The notes below the pieces were generated by a model that had not been told where the DNA came from, did not search any database, and was given only the letters and a program-made list of their open reading frames with translations. A program made the translations under genes and the position numbers. 64,000 nt of DNA from an uncultured Verrucomicrobiae bacterium (GTDB lineage Bacteria > Verrucomicrobiota > Verrucomicrobiia > Chthoniobacterales > JAFAMB01). Below are positions 42,211-51,105 of this stretch, one piece after another; position 1 is the stretch's first letter, and each line of letters opens with the position of its first letter. Location of the stretch: positions 2,496,001 through 2,560,000 of the forward strand of contig CAWIPH010000002.1 in NCBI GenBank assembly GCA_963837955.1, in the 5' to 3' direction.

Positions 42211-42588
42211 ATGCAATACATGATGATGGTTTACATGGATGAGCAGCGATGGGCGGACCTGCCCAAGGAGGCACAGAACCGTGTCCACCACGACTGCGCG
42301 GCCTGGCATCAGGAATTGGTGAAGAGCGGGCACGCTCGCGCGGCGGTGGGGCTTCACCCGGCTTCGACTGCCACGACCCTGCGGGAGAAGAACGGGAAAG
42401 TGGTTATTGCGGACGGTCCGTTCGCCGAGACCAAGGAAGTGCTCGGCGGCTACGAAACGGTTGAGTGCAAAGACCTCGATGAAGCGATTGGGATCGCCAA
42501 ACGTTTCCCCGCTCTCCGCGTGGGTCTTTCGATGGAGGTGCGGCCGGTGATGTCCGACGACGAGGTCCAACGCATGATGCCAGGGTGA
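42211..42588 (+). CDS. YciI/DGPF family protein
   Basis: DGPFAETKEVLGGY, MEVRP. Confidence 0.92.
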   Translation: MQYMMMVYMDEQRWADLPKEAQNRVHHDCAAWHQELVKSGHARAAVGLHPASTATTLREKNGKVVIADGPFAETKEVLGGYETVECKDLDEAIGIAKRFPALRVGLSMEVRPVMSDDEVQRMMPG

Positions 42589-43784
42589 ACCTCGACGATC
42601 TCTACCGGCGCGAATATGGGCACATCCTCGCGAGCCTCATCCGCGTGGTCCGGGATATCACCATGGCGGAAGACGCGTTGCAAGACGCGTTCCAAGCCGC
42701 CCTCGTGCAATGGCCCGCCGATGGACCGCCACGGAATCCTGTGGCCTGGCTCATGTCCACGGCCCGGCACAGAGCGATCGACCAGATCCGGCGTCGCGCG
42801 CTGCTCGAGGGCAAGCGCGAGGAAATCGCAGCGGTGACCGCACCGCAGGAGAACACACCCGTGCCGCTCGATTCCCTCCGCCTCATCTTTACCTGCTGTC
42901 ACCCGGCGCTCGCGCCCGAAGCGCAGGTGGCGTTGACCCTGCGCACAATCTGCGGACTCAGCACCGAGGAGATCGCCCGCGCCTTTCTCGTACCTCTGCG
43001 GACGATGGCGCAGAGACTGGTGCGGGCCAAAACCAAAATCAGGCTCGCGGGCATCCCGTACGAAGTGCCCGCGGACGAGGAGCTGGCCGACCGGGTTGAG
43101 ACCGTGCTCGCCGTGGTCTACCTCGTTTTCAACGAAGGCTATTCGGCCAGCTTCGGCCCCGACCTCGTACGCGGGGATCTCTGCGGGGAGGCCATTCGCC
43201 TCGGCCGAGAAATCGTCGCACTGTTGCCAGCCGAGCGCGAGCCGAGAGGGCTGCTCGCGCTGATGCTACTCAACGACGCGCGTCGCGCCACCCGCACCGA
43301 CGAGGATGGCGCGCTCGTCGTCCTCGAAGACCAGGACCGCTCGCGCTGGGATCGTTCGAAGATCACCGAAGGCTGCGCGCTGGTGGAGTGGGCGGTGTGG
43401 GGCGGACAGCCCGGAAGCTACGCGATCCAGGCGGCGATCGCTTCCCTCCATGCAAGCGCGCCATCGGTGCGAGAGACGGATTGGGCGCAAATCGCCGCGC
43501 TCTACGGCGTGCTCGCCCAGCTGCATCCCTCGCCGGTGATCGAGCTCAATCGCGCCATCGCGGTTGCGATGGCCGACGGTTACAAAAAGGGTCTGGCTTT
43601 GCTCGACAAAATCGACCTACCCGGTTATCACCTGCTGCCAGCCGCGCGGGCCGACTTATTGCGCCGTCTCGATCGCCTTCCCGAGGCAGCAATCGCCTAC
43701 CGGGAGGCGTTAGCGCTGGTGACCAACGACACCGAGCGACGTTTCCTCAAGCGGCGATTGGTGGAGGTGACCGAGGCGCGCTGA
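42585..43784 (+). CDS. ECF sigma factor with C-terminal extension (ECF42-type, DUF6596/TPR)
   Basis: AEDALQDAF, LRLIFTCCHPAL, EEIARAFL, QRLVRAK, YLVFNEGY, QDRSRWD; coupled to a DGPF gene. Confidence 0.92.
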   Translation: MNLDDLYRREYGHILASLIRVVRDITMAEDALQDAFQAALVQWPADGPPRNPVAWLMSTARHRAIDQIRRRALLEGKREEIAAVTAPQENTPVPLDSLRLIFTCCHPALAPEAQVALTLRTICGLSTEEIARAFLVPLRTMAQRLVRAKTKIRLAGIPYEVPADEELADRVETVLAVVYLVFNEGYSASFGPDLVRGDLCGEAIRLGREIVALLPAEREPRGLLALMLLNDARRATRTDEDGALVVLEDQDRSRWDRSKITEGCALVEWAVWGGQPGSYAIQAAIASLHASAPSVRETDWAQIAALYGVLAQLHPSPVIELNRAIAVAMADGYKKGLALLDKIDLPGYHLLPAARADLLRRLDRLPEAAIAYREALALVTNDTERRFLKRRLVEVTEAR

Positions 43785-43801
43785 AGATAAGTTGGTTAAA
43801 G

Positions 43802-43828
43802 TGTCGATTGGACACCGGCTCGTTCGAT
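43802..43828 (+). promoter_or_regulatory. ECF42-type promoter motif
   Basis: TGTCG-ATTGGACAC-CGGCTCGTTCGAT. Confidence 0.65.
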
Positions 43829-43928
43829 TAGGAGGTGAAAGGAGAGGGCGCGCTCGGGTGTCCGATGCTGCTGAGCGTCGCCCTTCGTTCGTCGTTAGGT
43901 TTAACCGAAATAAAATCACTGACATAAC

Positions 43929-44384
43929 ATGACCACACAGAATAATCCTGCCACGGTACCCGCGGAGCGGGAATCCGTCACCACCCGCGTGACCTACTTC
44001 TTGCTTCGCGTCGTGGCGGGTTTGTTATTCGTCCATACGGGCGGTTTGATCTTGTTTGGCTGGTTTGGCGGAATTCCGGGTGAGCCTGGGACTCCATCCC
44101 TATTGTCCCAGACCGGTATCGGCGGGGTCCTCGAGTTCTTTGGGGGTATCGCGATCGTGCTCGGCCTGGCAACCCGGCCCGTCGCTTTCATCCTATCTGG
44201 CATGATGGCGGTCGCGTATTGGCAATTCCACGCGCCGAATGGCGTTGCACCCGTTCAGAACCAGGGCATGCCCGCCATCCTATTCTGCTTCATCTTCCTG
44301 TACATGGCCGCGAAGGGTGGCGGCGACTGGAGCCTCGACGCGCTGCTGCGACGCAAACGCGGGGTGGCCCTTCAGGCCGAATGA
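43929..44384 (+). CDS. DoxX family membrane protein
   Basis: LLRVVAGLLF, GVLEFFGG, LSGMMAVAY, GDWSLD. Confidence 0.92.
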   Translation: MTTQNNPATVPAERESVTTRVTYFLLRVVAGLLFVHTGGLILFGWFGGIPGEPGTPSLLSQTGIGGVLEFFGGIAIVLGLATRPVAFILSGMMAVAYWQFHAPNGVAPVQNQGMPAILFCFIFLYMAAKGGGDWSLDALLRRKRGVALQAE

Positions 44385-44409
44385 CAAATAGTAAATAGCA
44401 GATGACAGG

Positions 44410-44458
44410 GCGGTAGGGCGAAACAGATCCAGCGAAGGCAGGATCTGTGAGCTTAGCG
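44410..44458 (+). repeat. GTAG-type REP-like palindrome
   Basis: GTAGGGCGAAACAGATCCAGCGAAGGCAGGATCTGTGAGCTT, identical to the copy at 48242. Confidence 0.8.
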
Positions 44459-44605
44459 TCTTCTGCAGCGGCGACTGTTCCAGTACGCTGACTGTATTCG
44501 TTCCGCCAAAAAAACTGCGTGAAGCGATTAGCTCCCAATCGATCAAAATCACGCCGAGGCCACCTTCGCAAGCAACAGCGCTCCCTAGCTTACAGGATGC
44601 GCGGA

Positions 44606-44632
44606 TGTCCTGAACGTGACGGCTCGTTCGTC
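44606..44632 (+). promoter_or_regulatory. ECF42-type promoter motif
   Basis: TGTCC-TGAACGTGA-CGGCTCGTTCGTC. Confidence 0.7.
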
Positions 44633-44688
44633 GTACTCTTGAACTCCGTTATTAGCGAACAATCATCCTTTGCTTTTTTAGAAAGCCT

Positions 44689-45438
44689 ATGAAGACACAG
44701 ACAAAAACATCCGAAACGAAAAGAGGCATGCCCGGACATGTGATCGTCGCGCGAGAAGAATGGGTCGCCGCTCGTAAGGAGCTGCTCAAAAGGGAGAAAG
44801 AGTTTACCCGGCTGCGCGATCGATTGAGTGCCGAGAGGCGTCAACTGCCCTGGACCAAGGTCGAGAAAGCTTATGTATTTGACGGCCCGAAGGGCAAGGA
44901 GACCCTGGCCGATCTTTTCGATGGACGCAGTCAACTGATGATCTATCACTTCATGTTCGGTCCGGGATGGAAGGAAGGCTGCCCGGGCTGTTCGTTCCTG
45001 TGCGATCATATTGATGGCGCTAACCTGCACCTCGCTCATCGTGACGTGACGCTGCTGGCGGTTTCGCGAGCGCTCCGTTCCGAATTCGAACCGTTCAAGA
45101 AGCGCATGGGGTGGCGGTTCAAATGGGTGTCGTCGTCGGAGAGCGACTTCAACTTCGACTATCACGTAGCGGCCACGAAAGACGAGGTGGCGAAAGGTAA
45201 GATGTTCTATAACTACGACGAGAGAGAGGAACCGTCCGAGGACCTTCCCGGTATCAGCGTGTTCTACAAAGATGCGACCGATGACATCTATCACACCTAT
45301 TCCAGCTACGGGCGCGGGGGCGACATATTGATCGGTGCTTATAACTATCTCGACCTCACACCGAAGGGCCGCAACGAGACTGGTCCCAACCATAACATGG
45401 GCGACTGGATGCGGCACCATGACCGATATGGCGACTAA
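44689..45438 (+). CDS. DUF899 thioredoxin-like protein
   Basis: LADLFDGRSQL.IYHFMFGP, CPGCS, LDLTPKGRNE, WMRHHD. Confidence 0.92.
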   Translation: MKTQTKTSETKRGMPGHVIVAREEWVAARKELLKREKEFTRLRDRLSAERRQLPWTKVEKAYVFDGPKGKETLADLFDGRSQLMIYHFMFGPGWKEGCPGCSFLCDHIDGANLHLAHRDVTLLAVSRALRSEFEPFKKRMGWRFKWVSSSESDFNFDYHVAATKDEVAKGKMFYNYDEREEPSEDLPGISVFYKDATDDIYHTYSSYGRGGDILIGAYNYLDLTPKGRNETGPNHNMGDWMRHHDRYGD

Positions 45439-45506
45439 CGAGGGGGACGAACAATCGAGCAGAATCGCTGGCGAACCGGTTACCGCGGAAATAAATTAAC
45501 TCAGAG

Positions 45507-45533
45507 TGTCCTGAACCTGCCGGCTCGATCGTC
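45507..45533 (+). promoter_or_regulatory. ECF42-type promoter motif
   Basis: TGTCC-TGAACCTGC-CGGCTCGATCGTC. Confidence 0.7.
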
Positions 45534-45592
45534 GCGTCATTGAACCGAAACACACATCATCAACTTCCAAACCTGAAAAGAAAAACAGAAAA

Positions 45593-46060
45593 ATGACACA
45601 TCAAATCAAGGCAATCCCAGAAGACTATCACACGCTAACCCCTCACTTGGTCGTGAAGGGAGCGAGTCAAGCCATCGAATTTTACAAAAAGGCTTTTGGC
45701 GCAGAAGAAATCAGCCGACTGCCGGGGTCAGATGGCAAATCGCTTTTGCATGCTGCAATAAAAATTGGAGACTCACGGCTCTTCCTCAGCGACGAGTTTC
45801 CGCAGATGGGCGGCCTGGGGCCTCTCAGTCTCGGCGGAACGCCTGTTACAATCCATGTTTACGTAGAAGATGTGGACACCGCTTTCGATCGGGCTGTGGC
45901 TGCGGGCGCCAAAGTGCAGATGCCCCTGGCAGACATGTTCTGGGGCGATCGTTATGGGGTGCTAACTGACCCGTTCGGACACAGTTGGTCCTTAGCAACA
46001 CATAAAGAGGACCTGACAACGGAAGAGATTGGTAAGCGCGCCCAGGCTTTTTGCGGCTAA
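45593..46060 (+). CDS. VOC/glyoxalase family protein (PhnB-like)
   Basis: AIEFYKKAFGA, DMFWGDRYG...DPFGHSW. Confidence 0.92.
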   Translation: MTHQIKAIPEDYHTLTPHLVVKGASQAIEFYKKAFGAEEISRLPGSDGKSLLHAAIKIGDSRLFLSDEFPQMGGLGPLSLGGTPVTIHVYVEDVDTAFDRAVAAGAKVQMPLADMFWGDRYGVLTDPFGHSWSLATHKEDLTTEEIGKRAQAFCG

Positions 46061-46082
46061 GCTCCGACCATACCAGAAATAC

Positions 46083-46272
46083 CTCACGCAAGGACGCCAA
46101 GGCGCAAAGGTTTTCGGACTAAAGATTATTAACAACTGAGTGGATGCGATTTGTGAGAACTGCTTCGCCAAAATTGACTAACAGTCGCAGGCGCGAGGCC
46201 GGCCCGTAAGCCGCAGCTCTTGGATCTCTTTCTCTAATTCAAAACCTTTGCGTCTTGGCGTCTTTGCGTGAG
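46083..46272. repeat. palindromic element A (32-bp inverted arms, unique core)
   Basis: CTCACGCAAGGACGCCAAGGCGCAAAGGTTTT ... AAAACCTTTGCGTCTTGGCGTCTTTGCGTGAG. Confidence 0.85.
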
Positions 46273-46303
46273 ATTCTCGGGCGTCTTGAGATTTCAGTTA
46301 CGA

Positions 46304-46579
46304 ATGTGCAGGAATATCAAACCACTCTTTAACTTCGATCCCCCTGTAACGGCCGAAGAGATTCGAGCTTCTTCTCTCCAGTTCGTGAGAAAAATCAGCG
46401 GGTTTAACAAACCGTCGAAGGCAAACGAAGCGTCGTTCCTGGCTGCAGTCGATGAAATCGCCAGTATCTCGGCTCGTCTGCTCCATTCACTCGAAACGAA
46501 CGCGCCGCCGAAGAGCCGAGAAGAAGAGGCCGCCAGAGCGAAGGCTCGGGCCGCAGAGAGATTCAGCGCCCGGAACTAA
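46304..46579 (+). CDS. DUF2277 family protein
   Basis: MCRNIKPLFNFDPP..EEIRA..LQFVRKISGF. Confidence 0.9.
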   Translation: MCRNIKPLFNFDPPVTAEEIRASSLQFVRKISGFNKPSKANEASFLAAVDEIASISARLLHSLETNAPPKSREEEAARAKARAAERFSARN

Positions 46580-46750
46580 AATCTCACGCAAGACGCAAGG
46601 GCGCAAAGGTTTGAGATCGGAGTTTGACCCGGAGCAGTTATTCCCCACCAACGGGAAGCTGCGGGCTTAAAGCGGAGAATGGGCCAACTCCAATTTCTCG
46701 ACCGATTTCTCTTCTTAACCTTTGCGTCTTCGCGTCTTGGCGTGAGATTT
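46579..46750. repeat. palindromic element B (same arm family, different core)
   Basis: AAATCTCACGCAAGACGCAAGGGCGCAAAGGTT ... AACCTTTGCGTCTTCGCGTCTTGGCGTGAGATTT. Confidence 0.85.
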
Positions 46751-46781
46751 CTTCGCTTCCCTGGAGCAAACGAGAACTTTT

Positions 46782-48125
46782 ATGCCGACTAAAATTACTG
46801 ATCTAACAGTTCACGACATTCGTTTTCCAACCTCGCGTTCGCTCGACGGTTCCGACGCGATGAATCCTACGCCCGACTATTCGGCGACGTATGTAGTCCT
46901 CAAAACAAATGCACCGCAGGGAACTGCCGGCCATGGGTTAACCTTTACGATCGGTCGGGGGAACGAGATCGCGGTGACGGCTGTGAAGTCGCTCGCTCCA
47001 CTCGTCGTCGGTGCGACCTTGGAGGAAATCTTCGCTGATATGGGCGGATTCTGGCGCTACCTGACCACCGGCGACAGCCAGTTACGCTGGTTAGGTCCAG
47101 AAAAAGGTGCAATTCACCTGGCAACCGCCGCAATCGTTAATGCTGTGTGGGATCTGTGGGCAAAGTTCCAGGGTAAACCGGTTTGGAAGCTGTTGGCCGA
47201 CATGAGCCCACAGGAAATAGTGCGTTGCCTTGACTTTAGCTATGTAACCGACGCACTTACATCTGACGAAGCAGTTTCGCTTCTAGAAGCCAATGCTGCG
47301 ACCAAAGCGGAGCGGGAGCGTCAGATGCGAGAGTCCGGCTTTCCTGCCTACACTACCTCAGCCGGCTGGCTCGGGTATTCCGACGAAAAGGTGCGCCGTT
47401 TGGCGCGGGAAGGGGTGGCCGCGGGTTGGACCCATTTTAAACAAAAGGTCGGCGGCGATATCGAGGAAGACATTCGCCGCGCTCGAATCCTGCGTGAGGA
47501 GATCGGTTGGGAGCGAAAGCTTATGATGGACGCCAACCAGGTGTGGGATGTCGAGCAATCCGTTCGCAACATGCGTCGCCTAGCCGAGTTTAAGCCGTGG
47601 TGGATCGAAGAACCGACCAGCCCGGACGACATTCTGGGACACGCAACTATTCGAAAACAGGTCGCACCCATCGGAGTGGCAACCGGCGAGCACTGTCATA
47701 ACCGCGTGATGTTTAAACAACTGCTGCAAGCAAAGGCCATCGATTTTTGTCAGATCGACAGTGCCCGACTGGGCGGCTTGAACGAGGTTATTGTTGTCCT
47801 GTTGATGGCGGCTAAATTTGGTGTACCGGTTTGCCCGCACGCAGGCGGCGTCGGTTTATGCGAGTACGTCCAGCATATTTCTTTGTTCGACTACATTTGC
47901 GTGTCGGCTTCGCTGGAAGGTCGAGTGCTCGAATATGTCGATCACTTGCATGAGCATTTTCTCGATCCGGTCGTGATCCGCAACGGCCGTTACATGCCTC
48001 CCGAGAAGCCAGGCTACAGCATTACCGTCCGGCCCGAAACACTTGAACAATTCGATTTTCCCAATGGCCCGGCCTGGAAAGGTCGCCGGAACGAGCAAGA
48101 AGCCTTCAGGTCGAAGCCGAAGTGA
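46782..48125 (+). CDS. fucD: L-fuconate dehydratase (enolase superfamily)
   Basis: RFPTS..LDGSDAMN.TPDYS, WLGPEKG, YTTSAGWLGYSDE, KQKVG, DANQ, EEPTSPDD, PHAGGVGLCE, EYVDHLHEHF. Confidence 0.9.
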   Translation: MPTKITDLTVHDIRFPTSRSLDGSDAMNPTPDYSATYVVLKTNAPQGTAGHGLTFTIGRGNEIAVTAVKSLAPLVVGATLEEIFADMGGFWRYLTTGDSQLRWLGPEKGAIHLATAAIVNAVWDLWAKFQGKPVWKLLADMSPQEIVRCLDFSYVTDALTSDEAVSLLEANAATKAERERQMRESGFPAYTTSAGWLGYSDEKVRRLAREGVAAGWTHFKQKVGGDIEEDIRRARILREEIGWERKLMMDANQVWDVEQSVRNMRRLAEFKPWWIEEPTSPDDILGHATIRKQVAPIGVATGEHCHNRVMFKQLLQAKAIDFCQIDSARLGGLNEVIVVLLMAAKFGVPVCPHAGGVGLCEYVQHISLFDYICVSASLEGRVLEYVDHLHEHFLDPVVIRNGRYMPPEKPGYSITVRPETLEQFDFPNGPAWKGRRNEQEAFRSKPK

Positions 48126-48667
48126 CCTCACGCAAAGACGTAAACCTCACGAAAAGACAAACCTCACGCAAAGACGCAAAGGCGCAAAGAGGGATTTGAA
48201 CAGGAGGTAACGGAGGACGTGTAGGTGTAACGATACGGCGGGTAGGGCGAAACAGATCCAGCGAAGGCAGGATCTGTGAGCTTGGCGTATTGGGCGGATC
48301 CGCGTGACGGAACGTTTCGCCGTCGGGTCGCTGTTAATAATTGGGCGAAAGCCCGACTACGCGCAACGCTTCGTCGCGGCCACACGTTTGGCTATGCGAA
48401 TCCTGTAAACTAGGACGCGCCGTAACTCGCGAAGGCGGCCTCGGCGCGACCTTGGGCAACAAGGGATCTCTGGCCTGCCCGCGCCGGGTTTGAGCCGTAT
48501 CCTGCGCCGCTACCCAATACACCAAGCTCACAGATCCTGCGTTCGCTGGATCTGTTTCGCCCTACCCGCCCTATCGTTACACCGTTACGCCAGAACACCC
48601 TCTCCTTTCCTCCGTTACCTTCTGGTCAAATCCTTCTTCGCGGCTTTGCGTCTTTGCGTGAGATTTT
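48126..48667. repeat. palindromic element C with three nested inverted-repeat pairs
   Basis: 48163-48190/48635-48662, 48192-48217/48608-48633, 48224-48294/48513-48583. Confidence 0.9.
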
Positions 48668-48705
48668 CTCTTCTTCACAGATCCCGAAAGAATCTCTGCG
48701 GCGAC

Positions 48706-48736
48706 CGATGAGTTTCGGCCCGGTTCCCGGTCTTTA
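48706..48736 (+). promoter_or_regulatory. SigG/ECF56-type promoter motif CGATGA-N18-GTCTTTA
   Basis: Matches the consensus I recall for mycobacterial SigG, CGATGA(N18)GTCNNTA; SigG-like gene lies 2.4 kb downstream. Confidence 0.6.
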
Positions 48737-48798
48737 TCTATGGAAGCGCATATCGCACTTCGAGAGATACCCAGACCTGACGAAATAAAATCAAAGTT

Positions 48799-49548
48799 AT
48801 GAGCACGCAGACAAAAACATTCGAAGAGAAAAAATCGATATTGAACCATGAGATTGTGTCGCCAGAAGACTGGCTTGCACGGCGCAAAGAGCTACTCAAA
48901 AAGGAGAAGGAACTTACCCGACTGCAGGATCAGCTCAGCGTAGAGCGTCGCAAGCAGCCCTGGGTCAAAGTCGAAAAGAACTACGTTTTCGATGGCCCGA
49001 AGGGCAAGGAAACGCTCGCTGACCTCTTTGACGGGCGCAGCCAATTGTTCGTCTATCATTTCATGTTCGGCCCAGACTGGGAGGAGGGTTGTCCGAGCTG
49101 CTCAATGGTGGCCGATCACATCAACGGCAGCATCGTGCATCTTGCGCATCGCGATGTGACGTTGGTGGCCGTCTCGCGAGCGCCTCTAGCCAAGATCGAA
49201 GCGTTCGAGAAGCGCATGGGCTGGCAGTTCAAGTGGGTATCGTCGTACGAGAACGACTTTAACCGCGACTTTCGCGTGTCGTTCACGAAGGACGAACTCG
49301 CGAATGGCAAGCCCTACAACTACAACACCAGCGCCTTCCCGAGCGAAGAAGCTCCCGGCACCAGCGTGTTCTACCAGGACGCGACCGGTGATGTCTTCCA
49401 CAGCTATTCCAGTTACGGGCGCGGCCCCGAACCGTTGCTCGGCGTTTACTACTACCTCGACCTCGTGCCGAAAGGCCGCAACGAAGACGCCTTGCCCTAT
49501 CCGATGGCTTGGGTTCGCCACCACGATCGATACAGTGACGAAGGTTAA
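48799..49548 (+). CDS. DUF899 thioredoxin-like protein (paralogue 2)
   Basis: LADLFDGRSQL.VYHFMFGP, CPSCS, LDLVPKGRNE, WVRHHD. Confidence 0.92.
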   Translation: MSTQTKTFEEKKSILNHEIVSPEDWLARRKELLKKEKELTRLQDQLSVERRKQPWVKVEKNYVFDGPKGKETLADLFDGRSQLFVYHFMFGPDWEEGCPSCSMVADHINGSIVHLAHRDVTLVAVSRAPLAKIEAFEKRMGWQFKWVSSYENDFNRDFRVSFTKDELANGKPYNYNTSAFPSEEAPGTSVFYQDATGDVFHSYSSYGRGPEPLLGVYYYLDLVPKGRNEDALPYPMAWVRHHDRYSDEG

Positions 49549-49550
49549 TC

Positions 49551-50015
49551 GTGAGCGCGCATCGTTGCTGCGAAGACGCTTCGAGCGACTCAACCCGTGA
49601 GACGGACGGAATGCGGACCGCGCATGGCGATCCGCAGCCCCGGACTTTCGTTCAGCGTTGCTTCAACATCGCCGGATGGATGGTGCCGAGCGCCATCCTG
49701 GTGCTATTGCCAAAGTGTCCGGCATGTCTGGCTGCCTACATTGCCATGGGGTCGGACTCTCGGTACCAACCGCTACGTACCTGCGGGATGCTCCTTGTGA
49801 TCCTGTGCGTAGCGTCGCTGGCATACCTTGCAGCAAGACACCTGCGCGGCTTCATCGCGCTGATATTTAGAACAAAAGGCACAGCAAAAATGAAAACGAG
49901 CGAGCGCTCCGCGATCGCGTCATCGCGCATCGCCCTGAGTAGGCCGGCAAATTTCACGACAAGAGCCAATCACCACAACGAAAGTGTTCTGAAAGCACTT
50001 CGTCATTCGTCGTAA
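49551..50015 (+). CDS. membrane protein with LLPKCPAC motif
   Basis: HRCC N-terminus, LLPKCPACLAAY, TM helices; follows DUF899. Confidence 0.65.
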   Translation: MSAHRCCEDASSDSTRETDGMRTAHGDPQPRTFVQRCFNIAGWMVPSAILVLLPKCPACLAAYIAMGSDSRYQPLRTCGMLLVILCVASLAYLAARHLRGFIALIFRTKGTAKMKTSERSAIASSRIALSRPANFTTRANHHNESVLKALRHSS

Positions 50016-50135
50016 CAATGAAACGAAATAAAACCATCACAAAAAGGAGTAATGAGAAGTGAAATCATGTCGCCAGAAGAGTCGGTTGGGGGGCTCAAGC
50101 GAGCTGCCGAAGGGCGTTAGAAGGGATGGATCGAA

Positions 50136-51026
50136 ATGATCCTCGTGACAGGAGCAGCGGGTTTGAGTGGCTCTATCGTGATCCGGGAGTTCGCCCGACA
50201 GAAGACGCCAGTGAGAGCACTGGTCAGGAGCCGCCAGAAGGCGAATGCGCTCGAAACGTTGTCCACTGTGGAGCTCGTGGAGGCCGATATGCTTCGGCCT
50301 GAGACGCTCGGAGCTGCGCTGCACGGCGTGGACCGAGTCCTCATGATCTCCTCCAGCAATGAGCGGATGGTGGAGACTCAATGCACGTTCATCGACGCCG
50401 CTAAGAAGGCCGGCGTCCGCCACATAGTCAAATTCTCCGGTGCGGAATCGGGTATCGATTTCAACCCAGAGAACTTTCGCTTCACCCGGATGCACGAAGA
50501 AATCGAACGATACCTCGAGAGGTCCGGGCTCGAGTGGACGCACCTGCGTCCCAGTCAATTCATGCAGGTGTATCTCCGGGAAGTGCCGACGATCGTGACC
50601 GAGAACGCGCTCGTCTTGCCCATGGAAAACGCCAAGCTAGCGCCCGTCGATATCCACGACATCGCGAAGGTAGCATTTGCACTGTTAAACAATGGAGGTT
50701 ATCACGCCAAGAGCTACGACATGACGGGCCCTGAAGCGCTGACGATGACTGAGATCGCCGAGCGGATCTCTCAGGCGATCGGGAAGACGGTGCGATATGT
50801 CAACGTTGCTCCGGAGGAAAGAAGGCGCGCTTTGCTGGCGGCAGGGATCCCTTCGGTTTTCGCCGACGCTCTTGACGAATTATTCGCCGAGCGGCGCAAA
50901 CGAACCGAATCGAGGGTGTACCTCGGCACGCACGAGTTGCTCGGAATTCAACCAACTACGTTCGCGGATTTTGCGCGTCGTAGCGCGGCTGCGTTTCGCG
51001 GTGAATCGCCGGCCCTACAGAACTAG
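50136..51026 (+). CDS. NmrA-like / atypical SDR NAD(P)-binding protein
   Basis: ILVTGAAGLSG, LRPSQFMQ, YDMTGPEAL. Confidence 0.92.
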   Translation: MILVTGAAGLSGSIVIREFARQKTPVRALVRSRQKANALETLSTVELVEADMLRPETLGAALHGVDRVLMISSSNERMVETQCTFIDAAKKAGVRHIVKFSGAESGIDFNPENFRFTRMHEEIERYLERSGLEWTHLRPSQFMQVYLREVPTIVTENALVLPMENAKLAPVDIHDIAKVAFALLNNGGYHAKSYDMTGPEALTMTEIAERISQAIGKTVRYVNVAPEERRRALLAAGIPSVFADALDELFAERRKRTESRVYLGTHELLGIQPTTFADFARRSAAAFRGESPALQN

Positions 51027-51105
51027 AATCCGCGGTTCCGGTAGAAAAGGTCTTCTATGAACGAAAAGACACCTCCGGTTTGTTGCGAAGCCTGTTTCGA
51101 GGCTC

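Noticed and set aside
46083..48667. Canonical integron attC sites
   Set aside because: I could not place RYYYAAC/GTTRRRY ends on the arms and there is no IntI; kept only as a cassette-like analogy.
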